A DNA stretch of 63,999 bases, the filler included, from Octopus bimaculoides (Eukaryota), in NCBI RefSeq assembly GCF_001194135.2. It is 6 parts of 4 records of this genome, joined end to end, with 100 filler letters (N's around TTAATTAATTAA, not from the genome) between each part and the next. Parts side by side here need not be neighbours in the genome. Positions count along the whole stretch, not along the records: positions 36,209 to 51,248 come from NC_068981.1; positions 51,349 to 56,268 come from NC_068981.1; positions 56,369 to 62,839 come from NC_068985.1; 3 more parts are not named here. One strand, 5' to 3'. Shown here one piece after another: positions 49,086 to 61,158 of this stretch. The position numbers were made by a program, and so were the translations under genes. Numbering within the stretch: the first letter of the stretch is position 1; the number at the start of each line of letters is the position of its first letter. Below the pieces are notes generated by a model that saw only the letters and a list, made by a program, of their open reading frames with translations, did no database searches and was not told where the DNA came from.

Positions 49086-51012
49086 CTCTCTCAGTCATTG
49101 CTATCAACAATCAATATTTGTTACTTTCAAATATGATAAATAGCATCACAACTCAACATTTTCCTAATTACTAATTCTCCCCACATGATGATTAATCATC
49201 TGGATTTCATTAGTGGAAGACATTTCTAACATCAAACTTTCTTCTTGGAGATCCAGCTAGAAATCAAAATGCTTACTAAGATCTTGTGCCACTCTACATT
49301 ACCCCCACCCCCACCACCACCACACCCACACACACAAAATTAATCGAACAAGCCAACAGTAAGAGCCTCTACAAGGGAACTTAAATTGCTAAAAAAAAAA
49401 AAGTACCCTAGTTTCCCTAAAGCCACACTTCACCATCTATGGAAAAAAGGCAAATTGGTTAATGTAGACCTAGATACATTATCTGAAAATAGATGGAATA
49501 GCCATGGCTGGAAAGCTCAGAACATAACTCTAATTGATCGGATCTTCTATAGGATCAAACAACAAAATATGAATAACTGGATGTTTAGCTATGCAATTGT
49601 TCTGACACTTTGAAATCATAAGTTTGTGATCCCAGCAGTGACGAACAATGATCAAGTCATTTACAGGATCAACAGACTCATATTTTCATTGTATGACAGA
49701 CAATACCATCAAGAAATGAATGATGAAAACACCCAATAAATTCAGCCTGTATTTAACATAAGTAAGCTTATATTTATAGACTTCTTACATGTTCCATGCA
49801 ACCACACTTCAGAGAGCCTATCAACCAACTCCTGTACATATACTCTTGAAATTAGGCCACTAGCTGAATGTCATCAAATACATAGTCAAAAGGGTGGTCT
49901 GCCCCGGATGGCACTTTTAAAAGGACAGCACTTTTTGGTCTACTGCAGGCTGTGTTTTTTGTGGGGTCTGGGTGCAGCAAACAGAAGGGCCACCCCGAGC
50001 AGCACACACTCTAGCTATGCTAGTGCACACAAGCAGCATCATTCATCTCCAATATTCTGCAAGGGCACACCTGGCTATGGGGAAATATTACTTTGCTTGG
50101 GAACAGGTGAAACATGGCGGCTGGAAGAGTATTTTTTCTGTAGAAAAATCTGCCTCAATAATCTGGCCCAAGTTAATACATTTCTAAAGCAGCGCTTGTG
50201 CCGTATTTAGCAAACCACTTAAATTTTTATAAATAACATCATACTGCACTGCACCTTGTATGTAGTATCATGTTTAGAGGATGAAAATTAAATGAAGAAA
50301 AGTAAAAACCATGATTTTATTTAACAGATACAGGTACAAAATGATACAATTCTAAAGCAGAGTATGTTTAATCTTTAGAAATGCACTTACAAAACTAAAG
50401 AACAAAACTAGTTTTAACACATCATATGCAAACTAACCAACATCAAAAACAGGGTTTTTTTCTCAATACAGGGCACAGTGTATTGCACAATATTTCCCAG
50501 TATTACAAGATTTCTAGACATTCCAGATTTCTGGAAGCTGGATAAGAAGTACTGTATTAACATTAATAATTAGATGAGGAAAATTGTCTTTCACTTATGT
50601 TTACCTGCCCTAACACAAGAAATACATTGAATAACAAGTAAGGTTGTTCTTTTCCAGTTTGGCCATGGGAAATTACCTCACTTCAAAACAACAGGAAGAG
50701 CATCAGGCTGTAGAAAATGTACCTCAAAAAATTCTATCAGATCCAGGGAAGTATGGAAAACTGAACTTTAAAATGATAATGATATTTCATATATATATAT
50801 ATTAATCAAGTAAGGTTTATATATATATTTGTAATAATTTTTTCACTTTATTGTGTATTTGTTTCTTTTTGTATATGATATTTGTTAATTATTATCTATA
50901 AGAATGAAACCATATCTGTTAATTTGTTATTTCTATCTATGAAGATCAAGAAGAAAACATGAAGTAATAAGTTATGCAAAACAGAGTTTATTTTAACAAG
51001 ATACCTCTTAAA

Positions 51013-51118
51013 ATCACCTGAGGAGACACATCTACACCAAGAGATACACCTAAACCAGTTGTGCAGTAGCCCACCTGCAAGGAATTGATGCCAGATGGGT
51101 CAAAACAATTGTAGTGAT
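51013..51118 (+). ncRNA. Decayed type I hammerhead motif (long helix II), same family as the 7-kb element
   Basis: ATCAC-CTGAGGA-GAC...GTC-(A)AAA-CAATTG-TA-GTGAT-c-AATAAA. Helix I is perfect and the helix II base is intact. G12 is mutated to A (consistent with CpG decay). Confidence 0.6.
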
Positions 51119-51348
51119 CAATAAAGATTCTCGTATCTTCCATCTCTCTCATCAATTACATGCCCAACATTGAGCCAGTGAACATGCTTTACCAAAATAA
51201 CGACTAGCTGTATACCATACAATTTATTAACTAACTAACTATATATATNNNNNNNNNNNNNNNNNNNNNNNNNNNNNNNNNNNNNNNNNNNNTTAATTAA
51301 TTAANNNNNNNNNNNNNNNNNNNNNNNNNNNNNNNNNNNNNNNNNNNN

Positions 51349-51712
51349 CATATACATCTCTCTCTCTCTGAAACCATTAAAGTGAAAGTATCTGTCATTA
51401 CAGTATCGAAATGTGATTGTTTCAGTTAGTGAAATAGTTTCATTTTTAAAGTTAAAGTATTTGACATGAGTGTTTTTGTTTCACTTTTGACACGTAATAC
51501 TTAAATAGTGGAGGAGATATTATGTTGCTGTGGGCTCGAACTATGCAAGAAGTTAAACATTTTCTTTGACTAAAACACAACCGGGACCCTAAGTAAGGCA
51601 CGTGTAAAATTTGAATGAAATTGGTTGTGTAGTTCTCAAGTTTTAGGGAAACACACACACACACAGACAGACAGACAGACACACACACATTCTCATTTTT
51701 ATATATATAGAT
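51349..51712 (+). mobile_element. HINE/Helentron-like element 3' part
   Basis: Same family as 28102-28345 and 6371-6510. It ends CATTCTCATTTTTATATATATAGAT. Confidence 0.65.
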
Positions 51713-52630
51713 ATCCAAAAATATATTATGTATATTCCATCACTACTTAAAATTTATTGTATAATGTCATCATAATCATTTTAATGTCCACTTTTCCATG
51801 CTTGCATGGGTTGGATGGAATTTGTTGAGGCAGATTTTCTTTCTTATGGCCAGATGCCCTTCTGGCCAACAATCTTCACCTGTTTTCAAGGTAATATTTT
51901 TCTATGGTTGAAAATGTTCTTGTGGAGGACTAGAAATGAAGGCAATCACCTGTGTGACAGTGATGCTTATTTATAAGAATTATGCAATGTCAAGACAAGA
52001 CATCAACTCACAAGACACAATTATGACAAGCTTCTTTCAGTTTCTGTTTACCATATCCACTTACAAGGCTTTGGTTGGCTATAGTAAGAGACACTAGCTC
52101 AAAGTGTCACACAGTAAATGGGAAACATGTTTCTTAACCACACTGTCATGTCTGTGGCATATATATATGTGCATGTAAGCATGTAAGGATAAAAGCTCCA
52201 TATTGCACTCTTAAAAGCTCATGAATATGAAAAAAATGTTAACTAATAATTGTGTGGGGTGTTGAAACATCAGCCAAACTGGTGCGTAATAGAAAAATAC
52301 TTTGAAAGTAAAGTACCCCTGAAATGTGAGAAACAGAATAAAGGAAGTTTCATGTAAATCGGACCAGTGGTTCTCAAGATATTTGGGGTTTTGGCGGTAT
52401 AAATACCCAAAACAGTGCATAATGGGAACATACTCCGAAAATAACTTAACCCTGAAAAGGAAGAAACTATAACCTTTCCATTAGACACATTATGATGGGC
52501 AAAATATTTTAAAGTGAAAATGACTTTAAAAATATGGTAAATATTTCATAAAAGAGCTATTCATAACCTTGGTATGAAATAGTTTTTTTCCATAGGCTTC
52601 TTCCAAGTACATTCAATGTATCTCACCTCC

Positions 52631-52749
52631 AAAGATTTGGCTGCTATTTCTAGTACCCCCTCCTACTACGTAACAGCTATTTGCGATAAAGGACCCAAAA
52701 TACCTGTTACATGGTAGGAGAGCATGCATGAAATAGCAGCCAAATCTTT
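52631..52749. repeat. Compact inverted repeat (hairpin)
   Basis: Perfect 20-bp outer stem AAAGATTTGGCTGCTATTTC / GAAATAGCAGCCAAATCTTT. Inner stem TCCTACTACGTAACAG / CTGTTACATGGTAGGA. Confidence 0.85.
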
Positions 52750-53379
52750 CCTTTTCTGGGGAAAGGAGCCCTTTACACATGATTTTGATGTCACATTTGT
52801 TGAAAGCATGCAAAATAACCTGGAANNNNNNNNNNNNNNNNNNNNNNNNNNNNNNNNNNNNNNNNNNNNNNNNNNNNNNNNNNNNNNNNNNNNNNNNNNN
52901 NNNNNNNNNNNNNNNNNNNNNNNNNNNNNNNNNNNNNNNNNNNNNNNNNNNNNNNNNNNNNNNNNNNNNNNNNNNNNNNNNNNNNNNNNNNNNNNNNNNN
53001 NNNNNNNNNNNNNNNNNNNNNNNNNNNNNNNNNNNNNNNNNNNNNNNNNNNNNNNNNNNNNNNNNNNNNNNNNNNNNNNNNNNNNNNNNNNNNNNNNNNN
53101 NNNNNNNNNNNNNNNNNNNNNNNNNNNNNNNNNNNNNNNNNNNNNNNNNNNNNNNNNNNNNNNNNNNNNNNNNNNNNNNNNNNNNNNNNNNNNNNNNNNN
53201 NNNNNNNNNNNNNNNNNNNNNNNNNNNNNNNNNNNNNNNNNNNNNNNNNNNNNNNNNNNNNNNNNNNNNNNNNNNNNNNNNNNNNNNNNNNNNNNNNNNN
53301 NNNNNNNNNNNNNNNNNNNNACTTAAAATTTTCAGATGATTAACAAACAAGTATAAATATATATACATTTTTTTTTAAT

Positions 53380-53590
53380 AGAGAAAATTTACTCAGATTA
53401 CATAAACTCTACAAAATGCTCTGATGGGGTGAAAATTTTCTCAAGAAGATCGAGTGAAAACGAATGTGGAAAGCTTCTTCGTGTTGAAGCCAGCTGAACT
53501 ATACTTGAGAGGAATCAAAAAGCTACCTGATAAATGGCAAGAGGTCATTCAAAATAATGGCAACTACACTGAATATTGAAAATAATTCTT
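53380..53590 (+). mobile_element. Mariner transposase C-terminal relic
   Basis: Readings ...YLRGIKKLPDKWQEVIQNNGNY and an upstream V..FF..KP..-like segment. Confidence 0.65.
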
Positions 53591-53614
53591 TATGAAACAT
53601 TTTCATGAGTAAAG

Positions 53615-54826
53615 GTCCTTAACAAAGCTGGAAATTATGGCCTGCTTGATCTGTAGGAATGGCGGAAGTAGAAACTCCATAAGATGTACCCAGTGCAAGC
53701 TATGGACACATAAGAGGTGCAGCAATATCAGAGGAGGATTAACTGGGAAAATAGTTTTTGTGTGTGGAAGGTGGACAGGTACAATAAACACTAAAAATGT
53801 ACAGAAAATAGAATCCATCGACTGCAGGGGTAGGGCAGAGGTAGTTGATAGCTTCCATTATTTCGGTGACCAAGTGAGTAGCAGAGGTGGATGATCCAAG
53901 AGCATAGCTGTGAGATAAGAATAGGCTGGGCTAAGTTCAGAGAGTTCCTACCCTTGTTGGCAACAAAGGGCCTCTCGCTCAAAGTGAGAGCAGACTACAT
54001 GATGCCTGTGTGCAAACAGCTATGTTACACAGCATTGAAACATGGGCTGTGACCACCGAGGACATGCATTGGCTTGAAAGAAATTAAACTAGTATGTTTC
54101 ACTAGTATGCAATGTCAGCGTGCATATTCAACAGTGTAAGTGTCTTGAGAGAAAAGTTGGGCATAAGAGGCATCAGGTGTGGTGTGCAAGAGACGACAGT
54201 GCTGGTATGGTCATGTGATGTGTATGGACGAGAGCAGCTGTGTAAAGAAGTGCCAATTTCTAACTGGGGAGGGAACCTATGGCAGAGGGAGACCCAGGAA
54301 GACATGAGACAAGGTGGTGAAGCATAATCTTCAAACGTTGGGCCTCACGGAGGCAATGACTAATGGCTAAGACCATTGGTAATATGCTGTGCTTGAAAGG
54401 ACCTGTCAAGCTAAGTGAAATCATAGTTGTGGCTGATGCTGACAATGCTGATGCCAGTGTCACGTAACTGGCACTTGTGCCAGTTGCATGTAAGAAGCAC
54501 CATTTGAGCGTTTGGTCTCATGGAGGCAATGTGGCCAATGCCAATGTCATGGCACCTGTGGTGGTGGCATGTAAAAAACACCATTCAAGCATTGGGCCTC
54601 ACAGAGGCAATGTGGCCGACGCCGGTGTCACATAACCAGAACTTGTGCTGGTGACATGTAAGAGCACTCATTACACTCTTGTAGTGGTTGGCCTTAGGAA
54701 GGGTATCCAACCATAGAAACCATGCCAAATCACACTGGAGTCTGATGCAGCCCCTCAGCTTACCAACCCTGGTCAAACGATCCAACCCATGCCACCATGG
54801 ACAACAGATGTTAAGTGATGATGATG
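53615..54826 (+). mobile_element. 5'-truncated RTE LINE: PHD-like finger, RT C-terminus, 3' UTR and (GAT)n tail
   Basis: CLICRNGGSRNSIRCTQCKLWTHKRCSNIRGGLTGKIVFVCGR...EVVDSFHYFGDQVS is homologous to 37074-37350. It is followed by LREKLGIRGIRCGVQE and the shared RTE tail. Confidence 0.88.
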
Positions 54827-55396
54827 AATACAAATAATAATAAGACAAAGAAATTCTTTAACATCCTTAATGATTCATTACAATTGTTTCTGTACCATCT
54901 CTGTTTGTAATGCCAGTTTACGCAAAACTCAAAGTGAAAATTTACATAATGCATGTAGTTTTAGAGAGAGTGGCAATTCATAAGACTTGCATCAAAGGTG
55001 CACTATAATTAATCCAGTGTAGGTGTTGCTCTAAGTTACTGGAGTTTGCATATGTTGCCTTCACAGTGCATCTGTTAAATATCCTATGATGCCTTCTTGA
55101 TTTAGGGAAACATCTATCTAAAGTAGCAAAAAACTCCTTTATTAAGGAGGATTGGGTTAATTCTATTGTAGTAGCTCTCTATATCTAATTGTAGGAATTT
55201 ACTGGCTTTGTTTACTTCAAGTTTAAACCAGCCGATTACCTTTCGGCTATCCGACCACAGGGTTAGTCTAATTTTTGATTTGAGGGTGGGCACTACACTA
55301 TTGATGATCTTCTTGCTAATTTTACCTATGTTGGATTTTGACAGGGAAATTAGTCTAACTGAGGGGTCGTTTATTTAATGAGATACTCCTTGTAAA

Positions 55397-55496
55397 ATCA
55401 CCTGATGAGATGCTTTTGCACCGAGGGCTACACCACAATCAGTTGTACAATATCCCATCCACAAGGGATAAAATAGGGCGAAATGATTGTTGGGAG
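55397..55496 (+). ncRNA. Decayed type I hammerhead motif (long helix II), same family as the 7-kb and 51-kb copies
   Basis: ATCAC-CTGATGA-G...C-GAAA-TGATTG-TT-GGGAG. TGATTG-TT-G is CGATCG-TC-G with three CpG>TpG changes. The downstream tail is homologous to 7425-7525. Confidence 0.55.
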
Positions 55497-55653
55497 CTAT
55501 AAAGTTTCTTGCATGTTCCATTTTCTGTCTCTATCATTTGTTATACACTTGACGAACAATGAGGAATACCGGAGGTAGATTCAGTGACAATTGTATACAT
55601 ACCATGGATGATGCCAGGTAGCCAGGGGGAGCGAACATGCTTCACCAGCTATA

Positions 55654-55744
<91 letters not shown>

Positions 55745-55746
<2 letters not shown>

Positions 55747-56268
55747 CTTTTGCTTGTTTCAGTCATTTGACTACAGCCATGCTTGAGCACTGCCTTAAAG
55801 GGTTACAGTTGAGGAAATTGACCCGAAGACTTATTCTTTATAAGCCTAGTACTTATTCTTTCAGCCCCTTTTGCTGAACTGCTAATGTTATGGGTACATA
55901 AACACACCAGCATTGGTTGGCAAGCAATGGCAAGGACACACACACATACAAATACTCTTTACTCTTTTACTTGTTTCAGTCATTTGACTGCGGCCATGCT
56001 GGAGCACCGCCTTTAGTCGAACAAATCGACCACAGGACTTATTCTTTGTAAGCCTAGTACTTATTCTATTGGTCTCTTTTTGCCGAACCGCTAAGTTACG
56101 GGGACATAAAAACACCAGCATCGGTTGTCAAGCGATGGTGGGGGGACAAACACAGACACACAAACACACATACATACACATATATACATATATACAACGG
56201 GCTTCTTTCAGTTTCCGTCTACCAAATCCACTCACATGGCTTTGGTCAGCCCGAGGCTATAGTAGAAG
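55745..56268 (-). mobile_element. Two adjacent family-C SINE copies (3' half, then a near-complete younger copy)
   Basis: TTACTTGTTTCAGTCATTTGACTGCGGCCATGCTGGAGCACCGCC...GCCGAACCGCTAAGTTACGGGGAC...CTTCTTTCAGTTTCCGTCTACCAAATCCACTCAC. Confidence 0.85.
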
Positions 56269-58480
56269 NNNNNNNNNNNNNNNNNNNNNNNNNNNNNNNN
56301 NNNNNNNNNNNNTTAATTAATTAANNNNNNNNNNNNNNNNNNNNNNNNNNNNNNNNNNNNNNNNNNNNTATATATATACGCGAATATCAGAAAAGGCTTT
56401 GCAAAAAGATTCAGAGTATTTTGGAATTTATTAATTTAGTTATGAAATCGTAAATTGGTTAATGTTCTGGAAATTTTGTCGTGTGAGATTGACTTTAATT
56501 TCAGCAAAATACACGCTCCACGATCTTTTTCTCAACAGAAGATATGTGTGCATGTGTCAAACGCGCGGAGGGGGAGGTCTTGCTGGTTGTTATTGCGATG
56601 TTTTAATATCATATTGCACATTCTTTTTCATTGGTCTAAACCCGATGTCATTTATTGCGAGATTTATAACGCGATGGATTTGCTACCTCAGAGATAGAAA
56701 ACGGAAGATACAATCAACAGAAAAAAATATAATTAATGAATATGAACTAGAATTTCTAATATTAATTATAGCTTCTTCGACAGCTGCGTTGTTTTGTTAT
56801 GGTAGGGAAGGGCCTTGTTATGGTAAGGAAGGGCCTCCCTTAAGTAGCCAAAATCTCTACATCTATAACAAGAAATAAGCTAGTAGATGTTCAACTTCCG
56901 TTTCTTATCTATCTAAAACAGTATAATTGCCCAAAGGAAAGAAAATATTGGCAAGGTATGTAGAATCATATTTAATAAGAAGGATTATTAAATATATTTT
57001 ATTAAATACATAGGTATTAATTTGTATGAACACAAGTGTGATGGTAACCTCAAATTGTGGGCTTGCGCACATTCAACATTGTTAACAATCTGGTAAGGGC
57101 GAAGCAATCTATAGTTCTATAGCTTAAAACCATTTTAAATTGACAAGAGTTGCACATTGCAGCATGCTTATATATTCGATCCTTCATTTGATTGACGAAA
57201 ATGAAACAGAAAATGAGGAAGTAGAAGCCATACTATTCTATTCAAAGCTAAATACTTCAATTAAATTTAGTATACATCCGAATAAATTCCGAGGGTTTCT
57301 TGAAGAAGACTCAAGACCACTGACCTCTGTTTTATCAAACCGTGTCTCTGCCATATACAAGGGCAGGGATTTTCTTTGTTAAATAACGGGTAGTAGAAGT
57401 TCTCAAACAAAAGGTTGTAGATGTATCTTTGTTGTCGAGATAGAATTATAGCCTAATTTGTGATATCGAAAATGCAGCCTAGTAAATAAAGGAATACAAC
57501 GTATGTACAACTATAAAAGAAAATCATTATCTAGTAAATAAAATATTCCATTAGTCATTAGATGAATATAAATTCAGTAAAATTACATTACATGTAATCA
57601 GGAAATAAAAATTAACAGAACTGCGCGCCCATATCTATAGCAAATTCCCATTCAATACTTTTAAATCCCAGTCGATTTGCATTTTTTTAAAAAGTCTTCA
57701 CGCGTTATCTCGCCATTGCTGGAAATATGCATTAATATGCGAAATTTCATTGTCATTTTGTAATATTATACAATATCAATGTTCAATTAATACGCGTATT
57801 TTTATAAGTTGTCTTTTATTTTCTTTACAAAAAATATTTAAACAAGAAATTCTTTCCCACTGCACATTTATAGAACAAATTCGAAATTATTTTGTGTAAT
57901 TATTCTTCTGGTTTCTTTTTAAACGTTTTCCTGAATCACTTCAGGCCGATGAGCAAACATTGTCAACAAATATTATGTGGATATAGTATCCTGATATCTT
58001 GCTAATCAATACTCTGCGTACAAGTGGAGTATTGAAATGTTATTTTCATATTTATGTTATAGATATAGGTTACTACAAAAAAAAGTAGGGTCACTGATGT
58101 ACATAAGAAGCTTCGCGCATAAATTGAAGAAGACAGAATCAAGGAACAATCGTTCATATAGTTCTTCCGTCTTTGTTGACGATGGTCAGGGACACCACAT
58201 CAAAACAACGATGGGCACAGTGTGTCCGACTGTAACCACTCAGTCAGATGCGTGCCTCGGTGTCTCTGCCTGGTGGTCTACACAGAAAATTGGCCTTGGA
58301 CTAGTGTGGATCACTTTGACGTTGTGCCCCTGCAATTCTGTAGGAGCTTGTAATATTGTGGGTGCATTTTCGCGGCGCAGCGTCTTCCAGGTGGAGAGAA
58401 ACCGCATCAAGAACAAGCATTAAACATGCGCACGCGCACATACATATCTATATATATGTCTATATTTGGACATATATATA

Positions 58481-58537
<57 letters not shown>

Positions 58538-59396
58538 NNNNNNNNNNNNNNNNNNNNNNNNNNNNNNNNNNNNNNNNNNNNNNNNNNNNNNNNNNNNNNN
58601 NNNNNNNNNNNNNNNNNNNNNNNNNNNNNNNNNNNNNNNNNNNNNNNNNNNNNNNNNNNNNNNNNNNNNNNNNNNNNNNNNNNNNNNNNNNNNNNNNNNN
58701 NNNNNNNNNNNNNNNNNNNNNNNNNNNNNNNNNNNNNNNNNNNNNNNNNNNNNNNNNNNNNNNNNNNNNNNNNNNNNNNNNNNNNNNNNNNNNNNNNNNN
58801 NNNNNNNNNNNNNNNNNNNNNNNNNNNNNNNNNNNNNNNNNNNNNNNNNNNNNNNNNNNNNNNNNNNNNNNNNNNNNNNNNNNNNNNNNNNNNNNNNNNN
58901 NNNNNNNNNNNNNNNNNNNNNNNNNNNNNNNNNNNNNNNNNNNNNNNNNNNNNNNNNNNNNNNNNNNNNNNNNNNNNNNNNNNNNNNNNNNNNNNNNNNN
59001 NNNNNNNNNNNNNNNNNNNNNNNNNNNNNNNNNNNNNNNNNNNNNNNNNNNNNNNNNNNNNNNNNNNNNNNNNNNNNNNNNNNNNNNNNNNNNNNNNNNN
59101 NNNNNNNNNNNNNNNNNNNNNNNNNNNNNNNNNNNNNNNNNNNNNNNNNNNNNNNNNNNNNNNNNNNNNNNNNNNNNNNNNNNNNNNNNNNNNNNNNNNN
59201 NNNNNNNNNNNNNNNNNNNNNNNNNNNNNNNNNNNNNNNNNNNNNNNNNNNNNNNNNNNNNNNNNNNNNNNNNNNNNNNNNNNNNNNNNNNNNNNNNNNN
59301 NNNNNNNNNNNNNNNNNNNNNNNNNNNNNNNNNNNNNNNNNNNNNNNNNNNNNNNNNNNNNNNNNNNNNNNNNNTATATATATATATATATGTGAG

Positions 59397-59437
<41 letters not shown>

Positions 59438-61113
59438 CTGTGTGTGCGTGCGCGCTTGTGTCTAACTTGACTGTAAGGCAAAACAGAACGAGTAAATAAT
59501 CCACAAATAAGCGCCCTGGTACAATTTAGAAAATTCATTCAGCAACAAAACTGAATGGTTCAACCACAACACGGTCTCATTTTTCAAACCAGTGTTTGTA
59601 CCTAGAATATACACAGTTTAATTGAATTATGTACTGTAATTACGATATGTATGAGAATATAACATAATGAAGGTTATGTATACCCAATATATATATATAG
59701 ATGATTTGGAGAATATATTCGATTTCGGATGTAACATTTTCTTAAGTATGTTGCATGATAAAAATAGGTCAACGAATGAGACATCACTGAAGATGCATTA
59801 TATGGTTCTATGAATAGATACAAATACGAACACGCAAACGAAGTCCACATACATATATAAACGGATATACTTGCATAACTTACAAAATGCATATCATTAT
59901 ATATATATATATANNNNNNNNNNCATATATGTATGTTTGTGTGTGTGTATATGTGTATATGTGTATGCATGTGCGTATGTATGTATATGTTTATATGTAT
60001 GTGATTATATCAATGCTATTACCGTCTGTAGTGAAGCCAAGATCGGAAATTGCGCTGAAATAATGCCAGAAATGTCCCGCCGATACAACGCGCAGACTAA
60101 CTTAAATTTATCACCAACTTAGAGTGAAGATTATTATGTAGTGAAATGAAATTCCAATTCGTGATCAATATTTAGTAAATATGATTTGAAAAATACTCAA
60201 GTGTAGCAAACATTCTCCATGAAGGTCTGTGGGTCATGTTTGTAAAGTGATCAAAATGTGGTGCTATGCTTGGTCAACACACGTGAACCTAATGTCCATG
60301 AAGTATATACAATCAAAGTCTGCCGGTTTCGATTTACAGGAAAATACGTAAAACCATCACTTCGACGCTTATATCCTAATTCGTACGAGCATAAATGCAT
60401 TCACGTTCTCGTTTATACATACATACATACATATATATATATATATATNNNNNNNNNNNNNNNNNNNNNNNNNNNNNNNNNNNNNNNNNNNNNNNNNNNN
60501 NNNNNNNNNNNNNNNNNNNNNNNNNNNNNNNNNNNNNNNNNNNNNNNNNNNNNNNNNNNNNNNNNNNNNNNNNNNNNNNNNNNNNNNNNNNNNNNNNNNN
60601 NNNNNNNNNNNNNNNNNNNNNNNNNNNNNNNNNNNNNNNNNNNNNNNNNNNNNNNNNNNNNNNNNNNNNNNNNNNNNNNNNNNNNNNNNNNNNNNNNNNN
60701 NNNNNNNNNNNNNNNNNNNNNNNNNNNNNNNNNNNNNNNNNNNNNNNNNNNNNNNNNNNNNNNNNNNNNNNNNNNNNNNNNNNNNNNNNNNNNNNNNNNN
60801 NNNNNNNNNNNNNNNNNNNNNNNNNNNNNNNNNNNNNNNNNNNNNNNNNNNNNNNNNNNNNNNNNNNNNNNNNNNNNNNNNNNNNNNNNNNNNNNNNNNN
60901 NNNNNNNNNNNNNNNNNNNNNNNNNNNNNNNNNNNNNNNNNNNNNNNNNNNNNNNNNNNNNNNNNNNNNNNNNNNNNNNNNNNNNNNNNNNNNNNNNNNN
61001 NNNNNNNNNNNNNNNNNNNNNNNNNNNNNNNNNNNNNNNNNNNNNNNNNNNNNNNNNNNNNNNNNNNNNNNNNNNNNNNNNNNNNNNNNNNNNNNNNNNN
61101 NNNNNNNNNNNNN

Positions 61114-61158
<45 letters not shown>

